Part shown: positions 1 through 7,289 of the stretch, piece after piece
Numbering within the stretch: the first letter of the stretch is position 1
How the letters are laid out: every line of letters starts with the position of its first letter
Program-made: the position numbers and the translations under genes
The notes under the pieces: generated by a model
What the model saw: only the letters and a program-made list of their open reading frames with translations
The model's database searches: none
Told to the model about the DNA's origin: nothing
IMG/VR virus record: IMGVR_UViG_3300035034_001051
Origin: a virus
Reading direction: 5' to 3' (one strand)
Length of the DNA: 39,498 nucleotides

Positions 1-127
1 CCACAAGCCGAACTGAAGGATACCTTAAAGATTTCACTTAAGTGAATACCTGTACATTGGTTTGTATACCAGTAGTCGTAGGCCTTAAGCTTTCTTTCAG
101 AGTACCTTTCTTTGTTAGTCTTTATAG
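1..127. repeat. Exact 127-bp duplicate of 39372..39498, a contig-end overlap from a circular or permuted assembly
   Basis: Base-by-base comparison: ccacaagccgaactgaagg...gttagtctttatag occurs at both window ends. The copy falls inside the DNA polymerase locus, not in the terminase-to-early-gene intergenic region where a T7-like terminal repeat belongs. Confidence 0.95.
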
Positions 128-238
128 CTTTCTTTTGGAAAAGGCTTCGCTCAGGGTTGGCATATGATTTCATCACTTAGCTTCCTCTGAATTCACCTGA
201 TTATTCGATAGACCTTGCGATCTAAAGGCACAATGTTT
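1..238 (-). ncRNA. Group I intron in the DNA polymerase gene, 5' portion (intron nt 1-238; continues at 39371 across the contig junction)
   Basis: Exon 1 ends ...GCU UGG GUG CAU at nt 239, so the last exon base is U. Intron nt 4-11, CAUUGUGC (plus 228..235), can pair with the exon-1 end GCAU (P1, with a U.G at the splice site) and with the exon-2 start GAUG (P10). A GNRA-capped hairpin UAGAUC-GCAA-GGUCUA lies at intron nt 15-30. The exon-1 frame hits a TGA 22 codons into the intron (173..175). Confidence 0.8.
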
Positions 239-1987
239 ATGCACCCAAGCCATTTGACAGACTTGGTCGATTGTATATCCAGCTTCACGAATACGTTGGT
301 TCGCTATAACCATCCACTTCTTTGCTATGATACCACCAGCTGACTGAAGGAGGTAGTTCAATGCCTTATGTTGTGTGTCACAGTATATGACCCGGCCATC
401 AAGTCCCTTAAATTTACCATGGTCTTTGCATTTCTTTTGGATAGCGTCCTTAAGGGCACCCAGACCAATCTTTTGTTCAAAGGTTTGAGTCATACTCTTA
501 GCCTTACTCAGGGTATCAACCTTGAGGATTGCCTTAAGCTTCTCTGAGCCTGCCCCATAGACCATGGCGTAAAGGTATGTCTTTGCTATGTCATCTCGGG
601 CGTCAACGTGAGTCGGGTTCTTCTTATCTCGCTTAGTTCCCTCAGGGAATATACCAAGTAAGAGTACATTTTGCCAGTGAATATCACCTGCAAGTACCGC
701 ATTGATATACTTACCCCCATCATAAGGAGCCAAGTAGTGTGCTAGTAGCCTTACTTCGATACCAGACAAGTCCGAGCCTATTTGGTAGTAACCTTTAGGA
801 GGTCCAAAGAGCTTACGACATCTCTTACCTAAATCTTTCTTTAAGTCAGAGCCCCGAGAGGCAGGAATCTGCCCAAGGTTAGGGGAGCTATGAGCCCCTC
901 TATGGGTCGTGGTACCTATATGAAAACACCTATGACGTATTGTGTCATCGTCTTCCACAAGTTTCAGCCAGGCATTTTTACCTGTGTCTACATACCCAAG
1001 GACCTTGTTAACTACTTTGAGGTCCATGATGTAGGGCATGCAGTCATACTCAAGGTGATCTATATGCTCTGCCTTAGTTGAGGGTTGTCCAGATTCCGTA
1101 AGTACTTCAGGTTTCCAGCCATACTTCTCAGTAAGTAGAGCGATTATGTCAGCATCAGTCCCAGTAAATGTCCGGAGCTTTACTTCACAATAATTGGCAC
1201 CAGGTTCTGTACCATGTTTTATATCACCTGCCTTAAGGTTACTGCGTCTCTTAGGTTCCTTGATAATCATCTGTCCTTTCTTGTAGACTGGAACATACTT
1301 ATCAGGGGACCAAGCCTTAAGCACCTGGAGGCACTCAGTCTTCTTGATCTCACAGAATTCTTTAAGGTCCTCAGCTTCGGAGCGGTTAAATGTAAATCCG
1401 AAGTCATGCTGTTCAACATCAAGTATATATGCGGACGCATGCTCAAGGACACGAGGTCCCTCTGGAACATCCTTGAGGTACTTGTTCATAAGTCTTTCAT
1501 AGAGACGAACAGTCACATCTACGTCCAACTCACAATATTCTTGCATCTCAGGAGTCCATAGTTCCCAGGCGTTATCTTGCTTACCAAACTCTCCCTTGTT
1601 CAGTCCAACTCTGTAACCAAATGCCTCCAGCTTATGGGAGCCTATAAGTTGTCCAGGAATCTTACCTTGCTTAAAGAGTCCAAAGTCAATACGCTTCAGG
1701 AGGGAGTCGTTCCCGTCACCAAAGGCCAGCTTTGATAATATCAGGGTGTCAGTAACCTTACCCTTAAAGGTAAAGCCATAGAGTTTCTTCAAGACCCTTA
1801 GGTCATACCCTTGGATATTATGACCAATGAGTTCTCGTGCCTGCTTAAGTGTATCTAAAGCCTCTTCAAGTTCCCATGGTTTCCACGAGTACTTAGAGCC
1901 TGTGTCCAGGTCTTGTGCACATATGCAGTGTAGCTGAGTCACTTCCTTTAGGAGTCCATTGGATTCCAAGTCAAACACGAGTCTCAT
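239..1987 (-). CDS. T7-like DNA polymerase (family A), exon 1 (583 codons)
   Basis: N-terminal 3'-5' exonuclease motif MRLVFDLESNGLL. PolA palm and finger motifs (DLSGIEVRLLAHY, KTYLYAMVYGAG). Ends ...CQMAWVH exactly where T7 DNAP has ...YMAWVHDEIQ. The track ORF 173..1987 runs a further 22 codons into the intron. Confidence 0.9.
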
Positions 1988-1999
1988 TATTATTCTCCG

Positions 2000-2257
2000 T
2001 TAGTAAGTTACCAGCACCTCATCTGATTTGATAAGGGCCTTCTTTTTGTTGGTAGTCTCAAGACGTACACCAGCATACTTGCCAATGCCTACCTTAAGGC
2101 CAACCTTAAGACCTCCGGACACGTTAGGACCAAGGGCCTCAATGGTTGCTTCAAGGATCATGGAGTCCTTTGATGCTCCGGTTACAATGATACCACCAGT
2201 GGTCTTCTCTTCAACCTCTTGAAGTTCTACAAGAATATATTCGTTATAGGGTTTCAT
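2000..2257 (-). CDS. GroES/Cpn10-like co-chaperonin (85 aa)
   Basis: PYNEYILVELQEVEEKTTGGIIVTGAS aligns with E. coli GroES [27 protein letters not shown]. The C-terminus LKVGLKVGIGKYAGV...SDEVLVTY resembles VKVGDIVIF..YGV...ESDILAIV. ATGA-type overlap with the upstream gene. Confidence 0.75.
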   Translation of the reverse strand: MKPYNEYILVELQEVEEKTTGGIIVTGASKDSMILEATIEALGPNVSGGLKVGLKVGIGKYAGVRLETTNKKKALIKSDEVLVTY

Positions 2258-2487
2258 GAGTTATCCTTAGCCTTAGCATAGGCAATTTCTTCAAGCTTTT
2301 CTTGGATATAACCAAGGGCATCAGCTTCTTTCTCAAAGCCATTACCACGGGAAGGGTTGTCACCTGAGATAGCAGTGAACACATTAACAAACCAGAGGTT
2401 ACCGTTCTCGTAAGCCCGGAAGCCTGTTACTTGATCTGCACGTACTACAAAAACACTACCTTTGGTTTCTTCGAATTGAATGTACAT
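2254..2487 (-). CDS. Hypothetical protein (77 aa)
   Basis: ATG start, tightly packed in the minus-strand operon, overlaps the next gene by 4 nt. No recognisable motif. Confidence 0.6.
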   Translation of the reverse strand: MYIQFEETKGSVFVVRADQVTGFRAYENGNLWFVNVFTAISGDNPSRGNGFEKEADALGYIQEKLEEIAYAKAKDNS

Positions 2488-2496
2488 AATTATTCC

Positions 2497-2799
2497 TTAG
2501 ATATTAAAGTTGATTTTAGTTGTTAGGGTTTTCTCTGAGACGTATCGTTGTAAGCGTTTAACTGCCCGCCTTGCTAGCTCACAAGTATACTCGTAGCTGC
2601 TATACATCTCCAGGTCATGGGAATGGATACGATCAGATGAATTGAATTGAAGGCCTCCAGCCGTCCATACCTTGATAGTTACACAAACTTCGTTACACTG
2701 GACGTCAATGTCTAGGTGTACTTTCTCAAATCCAATGAGGTCTCGGCAGGCTTCTTTGTAGAAGTGCTCGATTTCTTTGATCCTCGGGTTGATAAACAT
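2497..2799 (-). CDS. Hypothetical protein (100 aa)
   Basis: ATG preceded by GGAGAAG about 5 nt upstream. Its start lies 88 nt inside the upstream ORF. Confidence 0.6.
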   Translation of the reverse strand: MFINPRIKEIEHFYKEACRDLIGFEKVHLDIDVQCNEVCVTIKVWTAGGLQFNSSDRIHSHDLEMYSSYEYTCELARRAVKRLQRYVSEKTLTTKINFNI

Positions 2800-3089
2800 A
2801 TTACTTCTCCATTCTCAATTGTGTATCGTTTATTATTAAAGTTTACTACTGCCTTGTTGCTGCCCATAAGTTCCAAAGCGTCCTTTATTGCTTCAAGCTT
2901 CTTGTCTTCCTCAATGGAGCCTATGAAATTTTTAAGGTTCATTAGTTCCTTGTAGCTTAAAGTTAACAAAGAGTCCTTGATGTTTACTTTTGGGGTGGGG
3001 GTCATTACCCGTGGAGCTTCCTCACCTTGAGGTAACTCTTGGGGTGGTCCCTGCTGTACATCTCGTACACTCATTCGGGGTATATTCAT
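2712..3089 (-). CDS. Hypothetical protein (125 aa)
   Basis: ATG start immediately after the primase-helicase stop. The last ~29 codons overlap the next gene out of frame and are low-complexity. Confidence 0.55.
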   Translation of the reverse strand: MNIPRMSVRDVQQGPPQELPQGEEAPRVMTPTPKVNIKDSLLTLSYKELMNLKNFIGSIEEDKKLEAIKDALELMGSNKAVVNFNNKRYTIENGEVICLSTRGSKKSSTSTKKPAETSLDLRKYT

Positions 3090-3091
3090 AT

Positions 3092-4792
3092 TTAAAAGTC
3101 CTGGTTATTGACTGGTGTAAAGCCATGGTCCGGCTTAGCCTTAGCTTTCTTTGTAGGTTCCGAGCTTTTATCTGGGAATTTCGCAATTGGATCTAGCCTT
3201 CCGGTGTCAAAGTTAAACCTTAGTGCATCAGTACACTGGTTGTTATACTTGCTGTATGACCTGCACTTTAGCTGCCAAAGGTAAGTTATGTATCTCTCGT
3301 CTTCATCAGTTTCATCACGGCTTGCAACAAATATATTATGTGAGTACTGACCTAGAGCTGAGCTACCCTTCAGATGGTTCTTCTTAGGTACAAGACCTTC
3401 AGACCAGTCTTTGTCATTCTCTGCTTTACGTAGATGAACAACTGTGAGGATGCCTACGTTTGTTCTATTGGCTAGCTTGTACAAATGCTTCATAAACTCT
3501 TCAATAGCCCTTGCTTCATTATCTGTCTCCATACCTGCAATAGCTATAGAGATGTGATCAAGAATAATGAAGTCACACTTCTTTGATTTTGCAAGACTCT
3601 CAAGTTTAGATAAAAGCTTTCCATGCTCCCACTCAACACTGTTCTTTGCAATGACCAGGTTATTACCAAAGAGTTTAGACGCCTCCTGGTAACCCTCCTC
3701 TGTAATGAGGTCAGGGTTCTCCTCAATCTCAACCAAAGGTATCTTATTGTGCAAGGCATAGTATCCTTTCCATGAAGTCTGGTGCTGCTCTTCCATGTAA
3801 ACATTACCAACTCGTAACCCGGTTACGTGAGCTAGATGGTAGCCTATTTCTCTCGTTAGAGTTGACTTACCAATGCCTGTCCCTGCTGCAAATAGAGTTA
3901 CTTCACCCTTACGAAAGCCTCGCATAGCATCTTGCATACCCGGAAAAGGTAGAGGGTGACCCACTTTGGGTTCCTCTTTGAGACTCTCCAAGGTAAAGTC
4001 CCCAAAGTCCATCAGGTCATTATCAACATCAGCTGTAACTGCATTCCAATACGCTGTCTTAATGTCTGCTTCACGCTTATCTACCAGTAGAGCGTTAGCA
4101 TCTTTGTAACCATCAGGATACTGTGCAACTAGGCACTTACCTGGGAGTAGATCAGCAAAAGCTTTGGTAGCTTCGCGTCCTTCCTCATCAGCGTCCATGA
4201 ACAAGACAATTTCATCAAAGTTCTTGAGCCACTCAAGGTTTTCCTCAATCACCTTTGAGGCCTTGGCGTACCCTGCCCCTGAGGGTAAAGACACTACAGG
4301 CCAGTTCGTCCCGATAACCTGAGCCACTGACATGCAATCAATCTCACCTTCAGTGATAGCCAGGCGCTTACCCTTACGGTGTAGATGTTGTCCGAAAAAT
4401 CTACGAGTGCTTAGTCCTGTCCATACAAAAGACTTGTTCTTAAAGCGTAGCTTCTGTCCTAGAAGTTGCCCATGATCGTCCTTAAATGGAGCTACCTGTA
4501 CTGTTGAACCCATGAAGGTGGCATATCCATATCCATAGTGCCTAGCCACTTTCTCCCTTATCCCTCTTACTTTCAAATCTTTGTATGTGATCTGCTCAAT
4601 GAAAGGGATAACCTTTTTAGGGGTAGGTTCCTGAGGCTCGTAACCCTCTAGATTATACGTAAAGTAATCACAAGCATAGCACTTAGCGTAGCCGGTCTCA
4701 TGCACTACTAAATTATCAGCAGCTGTATCATTGCCGTCTTTGTAACACTCTGGGCACTGCGTGCGATCTAAAATATTACCGTGCTTGCTCAT
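3092..4792 (-). CDS. Bifunctional DNA primase/helicase (T7 gp4-like, 566 aa)
   Basis: Zinc motif CPEC...CYAC, TOPRIM-like ITEGEIDCMS, Walker A AAGTGIGKST, and an acidic C-terminus ending in DF as in T7 gp4. Confidence 0.92.
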   Translation of the reverse strand: MSKHGNILDRTQCPECYKDGNDTAADNLVVHETGYAKCYACDYFTYNLEGYEPQEPTPKKVIPFIEQITYKDLKVRGIREKVARHYGYGYATFMGSTVQVAPFKDDHGQLLGQKLRFKNKSFVWTGLSTRRFFGQHLHRKGKRLAITEGEIDCMSVAQVIGTNWPVVSLPSGAGYAKASKVIEENLEWLKNFDEIVLFMDADEEGREATKAFADLLPGKCLVAQYPDGYKDANALLVDKREADIKTAYWNAVTADVDNDLMDFGDFTLESLKEEPKVGHPLPFPGMQDAMRGFRKGEVTLFAAGTGIGKSTLTREIGYHLAHVTGLRVGNVYMEEQHQTSWKGYYALHNKIPLVEIEENPDLITEEGYQEASKLFGNNLVIAKNSVEWEHGKLLSKLESLAKSKKCDFIILDHISIAIAGMETDNEARAIEEFMKHLYKLANRTNVGILTVVHLRKAENDKDWSEGLVPKKNHLKGSSALGQYSHNIFVASRDETDEDERYITYLWQLKCRSYSKYNNQCTDALRFNFDTGRLDPIAKFPDKSSEPTKKAKAKPDHGFTPVNNQDF

Positions 4793-4801
4793 AGGGGGTC
4801 C

Positions 4802-4972
4802 TTAATCGTCCAGTTGCATCTCACCTACAAGGGCAAAGATACCCTCAAGGTAATTCTCAAAGGATTTTTCATGGGTCTCTTGGTTCCATTGAGACTCATC
4901 TCGGGCATACTCATAGGCCTGGGTCCAGTCTTTAAGGTCCTGGATAAACTTCTCTTCATATAACATTTTCAT
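4802..4972 (-). CDS. Small hypothetical protein (56 aa), not in the ORF track
   Basis: Hand translation: MKMLYEEKFIQDLKDWTQAYEYARDESQWNQETHEKSFENYLEGIFALVGEMQLDD. GAAGGA lies 8 nt upstream of the ATG. It fills the otherwise empty amidase-to-primase gap on the coding strand. Confidence 0.55.
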   Translation of the reverse strand: MKMLYEEKFIQDLKDWTQAYEYARDESQWNQETHEKSFENYLEGIFALVGEMQLDD

Positions 4973-4996
4973 TTTATTATTCCTTCAGGTTATAGC

Positions 4997-5449
4997 TTAA
5001 AGGACATCTTCAAGCTTATTCATATTCACTTCGTTACACAAGGTGTCCGCAAGTTCCTTGTGTTTAACTACGTTGGCTCCAGGGTAGATTTCCTTAAGTA
5101 GGATCAATACAAATTGTAAAGTCTTGTACTGCGCCTCTGTAAAGTCATCTACGGCAGTTCCATCGGCAGCCAGGCCACCTACCATGGCAATCCCTAAAGA
5201 GCGGTTATTAAAGCCTTGTACATGGGCTCCCATGATCTTTAATGGGCGTCCTACTTCAGGGGTTCCGTCCCTCTGGATTACAATGTGGTATCCGATAGCG
5301 TCCCAACCTTGGCCTGTATGCCACTGGTGGATTTTCTGGGCATCTACAAACATAGACGCGGGTGTGGCAGTATGGTGTACTACCAGATAATCTGTTTGAG
5401 TCCGTTCGTTAAAGTTCCCGAACAGAGCTAGGGTGCTTGTGCGTTCCAT
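4997..5449 (-). CDS. N-acetylmuramoyl-L-alanine amidase (T7 gp3.5 lysozyme-like, 150 aa)
   Basis: Amidase_2/PGRP motifs LVVHHTATP, GWDAIGYHIVI and GAHVQGFNNRSLGIAMVGG. The start is moved to the internal ATG at 5449, because the track ORF extension to 5566 overlaps endonuclease I and the phage promoter at 5481..5508. Confidence 0.88.
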   Translation of the reverse strand: MERTSTLALFGNFNERTQTDYLVVHHTATPASMFVDAQKIHQWHTGQGWDAIGYHIVIQRDGTPEVGRPLKIMGAHVQGFNNRSLGIAMVGGLAADGTAVDDFTEAQYKTLQFVLILLKEIYPGANVVKHKELADTLCNEVNMNKLEDVL

Positions 5450-5480
5450 AATAGTCTCAATGTTTTTCCTTGTGTGTTTA

Positions 5481-5508
5481 GGTGTTTCTCTAATCGTGGT
5501 CCCCATTA
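5481..5508 (-). promoter_or_regulatory. Phage RNAP promoter (family member a)
   Basis: Minus strand reads TAATGGGGACCACGATTAGAGAAACACC, near-identical to the copies at 6661, 7129 and 11843. Intergenic between endonuclease I and the amidase. Architecture resembles the T7 promoter TAATACGACTCACTATAGGGAGA. Confidence 0.8.
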
Positions 5509-5513
5509 GGGAA

Positions 5514-5933
5514 CTATTTGCAAATGTAGTCAGGTACACTAGTGCCAATAAAGTACTCAAAGTCATTTTTTATAGCCCACTGACTATTTTTTGTTTTAGA
5601 GCCAGGATATATAGGCCTATCATATCTAAAAGCAATGATAAACCTAAGGTTTGGATTACACTTCTTTACTCCGATTAGTGTAGTTCTGCTTTCACGTTTA
5701 AATGTACCTCCCTTGGCTTCGATATATATACCATTCTTAACTAAAAAGTCAGGAAGGTATATATGATAAGTTATATTTACAAAATCCTTGGATAGACCAT
5801 GAGATTGTCTATGTACCTTGGTAAGTCTTTGAGCTTTAGTGAAGGGCAGGACATGGGGCTCATGTGTAAACCCCACTCCTTTTGAGTTAAGACTTGCCGC
5901 TATGATTTTCTCGTACTTACTACGATAAGCCAT
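5514..5933 (-). CDS. Endonuclease I / Holliday junction resolvase (T7 gp3-like, 139 aa)
   Basis: YLPDFLVKNGIYIEAKG matches the T7 endonuclease I core YTPDFLLPNGIFVETKG. Size and position between SSB and amidase agree. Confidence 0.85.
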   Translation of the reverse strand: MAYRSKYEKIIAASLNSKGVGFTHEPHVLPFTKAQRLTKVHRQSHGLSKDFVNITYHIYLPDFLVKNGIYIEAKGGTFKRESRTTLIGVKKCNPNLRFIIAFRYDRPIYPGSKTKNSQWAIKNDFEYFIGTSVPDYICK

Positions 5934-6634
5934 TAGAAGTCCTCGAAGTCACCTGGATTAGCCATAGGCTGCTGTTGCTGCTGAGGCTGTCCCTGGTCAA
6001 AGTTATCAAAGTCATCATAAGCTTCCAGAGGTGGTTGCTCAACGTTTTCTGGAGTCTGGGCCTTTGGCTGACCTGAGTCTTCCTGGTATCCACCGTCAAC
6101 TGGTGTAAATCCTGGGCCCTCTGGGACTGTAAAACCTCCGTCCACTGGTGCAAAGTCATGGGTAGGAGCCTCTGCCACAAACTCTACCAACTCTACAATC
6201 TGAATAGCCTCGGGCTGTAAGCGTACTCCACCCCCCTTCATACTCTTAGAGTAGGGCCTAGGTGTAATACTAACAGACACTTTGGAGCCGTTGCCAATAA
6301 GGGGTACGTTAACCACTCGGCGGGCTTGTGAGTCATAGACAACAGGTACAATATTATGCTTCTTACCTGAGGAATCTTCAACCCATGCCTGCTGCTTGCA
6401 CTTAACAATAAACTTGGTTGGGTCGTCTTTGTCTGTCTTACCTACGTCATTCGCTGCACCATCAGGGCGGAATGATCGCAGGTGCTGTACTAACTTCTTG
6501 TGCTCCGGGTTGTTCTTGTCCAGAACCAAGTCAATGTGATAAACCCCATTCTTATCATATTGTGTATCAGGGTCCTTGATATGAGCCCATCGGCATTCAA
6601 GGACTGGGGTTTTAAAAGAGGGTAGCTGTGTCAT
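5933..6634 (-). CDS. Single-stranded DNA-binding protein (T7 gp2.5-like, 233 aa)
   Basis: Size and position match T7 gp2.5. Acidic C-terminal tail ending ...GDFEDF with a terminal Phe, as in gp2.5 and gp4. Confidence 0.8.
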   Translation of the reverse strand: MTQLPSFKTPVLECRWAHIKDPDTQYDKNGVYHIDLVLDKNNPEHKKLVQHLRSFRPDGAANDVGKTDKDDPTKFIVKCKQQAWVEDSSGKKHNIVPVVYDSQARRVVNVPLIGNGSKVSVSITPRPYSKSMKGGGVRLQPEAIQIVELVEFVAEAPTHDFAPVDGGFTVPEGPGFTPVDGGYQEDSGQPKAQTPENVEQPPLEAYDDFDNFDQGQPQQQQQPMANPGDFEDF

Positions 6635-6660
6635 AAGTTTTCCTTTGGTTTTGTTGTTTA

Positions 6661-6688
6661 GGTATTTCTCTAATCGTGGTCCCCATTA
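6661..6688 (-). promoter_or_regulatory. Phage RNAP promoter (family member b)
   Basis: Minus strand reads TAATGGGGACCACGATTAGAGAAATACC. It overlaps the stop of the 86-aa gene and lies upstream of SSB. Confidence 0.8.
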
Positions 6689-6946
6689 CTTCTTGAGGTC
6701 ATTATCTACTAACATCTTAACTGCGCCATAGGCCTTACGGTCTTGGGCCTCAAAGTCTGCTGCAATATTATCTGCAATAGCCATAAGCTGAGTCAAATCT
6801 ACAATACCCTCACGGGACAAGATAGACAAAAACGTAGCATAGCTAATCACTGCCAAATCCGGCTCACTTTGAGCTTTACCAAAAGTCTCCACAATAAACT
6901 TCTGGAAGTATTGCAAGTTAACATTAGCCAATTTATTTACATTCAT
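6686..6946 (-). CDS. Hypothetical protein (86 aa), first gene after the twin promoters
   Basis: ATG start, coding strand. No recognisable motif. Confidence 0.6.
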   Translation of the reverse strand: MNVNKLANVNLQYFQKFIVETFGKAQSEPDLAVISYATFLSILSREGIVDLTQLMAIADNIAADFEAQDRKAYGAVKMLVDNDLKK

Positions 6947-6993
6947 AAAATTTCCTTCGCGGGTGTCCTTAAGTTTTACTTTAGGTAGTAATA

Positions 6994-7084
6994 ATCTTTA
7001 AGTAAAAATCTTTAAGTAGTACCTAAGGATCTTTAAGTAGTACCTAAGGATCTTTAAGTAGTACCTAAGGATCTTTAAGTAGTT
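6994..7084. repeat. Tandem array of a 21-bp unit atctttaagtagtacctaagg (3 full copies plus about 2 partial)
   Basis: Full units at 7008..7028, 7029..7049 and 7050..7070. Partial copies at 6994..7004 and 7071..7084, and a related gtctttaagtt at 7113. Non-coding, downstream of the twin phage promoters. Confidence 0.9.
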
Positions 7085-7128
7085 ATTTTTTAAATAAATT
7101 AATACTCAAAGAGTCTTTAAGTTTTTGA

Positions 7129-7156
7129 GGTATTTCTCTAATCGTGGTCCCCATTA
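7129..7156 (-). promoter_or_regulatory. Phage RNAP promoter (family member c)
   Basis: Minus strand reads TAATGGGGACCACGATTAGAGAAATACC, identical to the copy at 6661. Confidence 0.8.
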
Positions 7157-7164
7157 ATTTTACC

Positions 7165-7234
7165 TGTGGATAACTCTAGGTTTTTCTCTACTTGTGGTCC
7201 CCTTTAATTTATCTGTGGATAAGTCTGTGGATAA
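7165..7234 (-). promoter_or_regulatory. Three perfect DnaA-box 9-mers (TTATCCACA on the minus strand)
   Basis: tgtggataa on the plus strand at 7165..7173, 7214..7222 and 7226..7234. On the minus strand, one box ends 7-8 nt upstream of each twin promoter. Confidence 0.7.
7179..7206 (-). promoter_or_regulatory. Degenerate phage RNAP promoter (family member d)
   Basis: Minus strand reads TAAAGGGGACCACAAGTAGAGAAAAACC, with several mismatches to the family consensus. It lies 50 bp upstream of member c, like the T7 phi1.1A/phi1.1B pair. Confidence 0.55.
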
Positions 7235-7253
7235 CTTTATTGACAACTTAAAG

Positions 7254-7273
7254 AAAAAGCCCCATAGAGGGGC
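7254..7273 (-). terminator. Intrinsic terminator after the RNA polymerase gene (early terminator candidate)
   Basis: Minus strand reads GCCCC-UCUAU-GGGGC followed by UUUUUCUUU, 17 nt after the RNAP stop. Confidence 0.75.
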
Positions 7274-7289
7274 CTTGACATTTTAGGAT

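Noticed and set aside
1-127. The 127-bp identical sequences at both window ends could be phage direct terminal repeats or LTR-like mobile-element ends
   Set aside because: The duplication lies inside the DNA polymerase intron and gene, not at the terminase-to-early-gene boundary where T7-like terminal repeats occur. It is best explained as the overlap of a circularised assembly.
173-238. C-terminal 22 residues (KHCAFRSQGLSNNQVNSEEAK) of track ORF 173..1987 as the genuine polymerase C-terminus
   Set aside because: The frame departs from the universally conserved WVHDE motif exactly at a U|A junction with P1/P10 pairing potential. The true continuation is found at 39217. This is read-through into the intron.
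3030-3055. Partial matches to the phage promoter core (ggtggtccc at about 3044; also aaggtcccc at about 31068 and ctggtggtcc at about 9351)
   Set aside because: Only the GGACC core matches. The flanking TAATG and ATTAGAGAAA parts are absent, and all lie within coding sequence.
5450-5566. N-terminal 39-aa extension of the amidase ORF that looks like a signal peptide (MTLSTLLALVYLTTFANSSLMG...), suggesting a SAR or secreted endolysin
   Set aside because: The extension overlaps the endonuclease I gene and contains the phage promoter at 5481..5508, so transcripts start downstream of it. The internal ATG at 5449 gives the 150-aa size typical of T7 lysozyme.
6994-7084. The 21-bp tandem array as a CRISPR-like array
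   Set aside because: The units are directly abutting with no spacers, and there are no cas genes. It is a simple tandem repeat.
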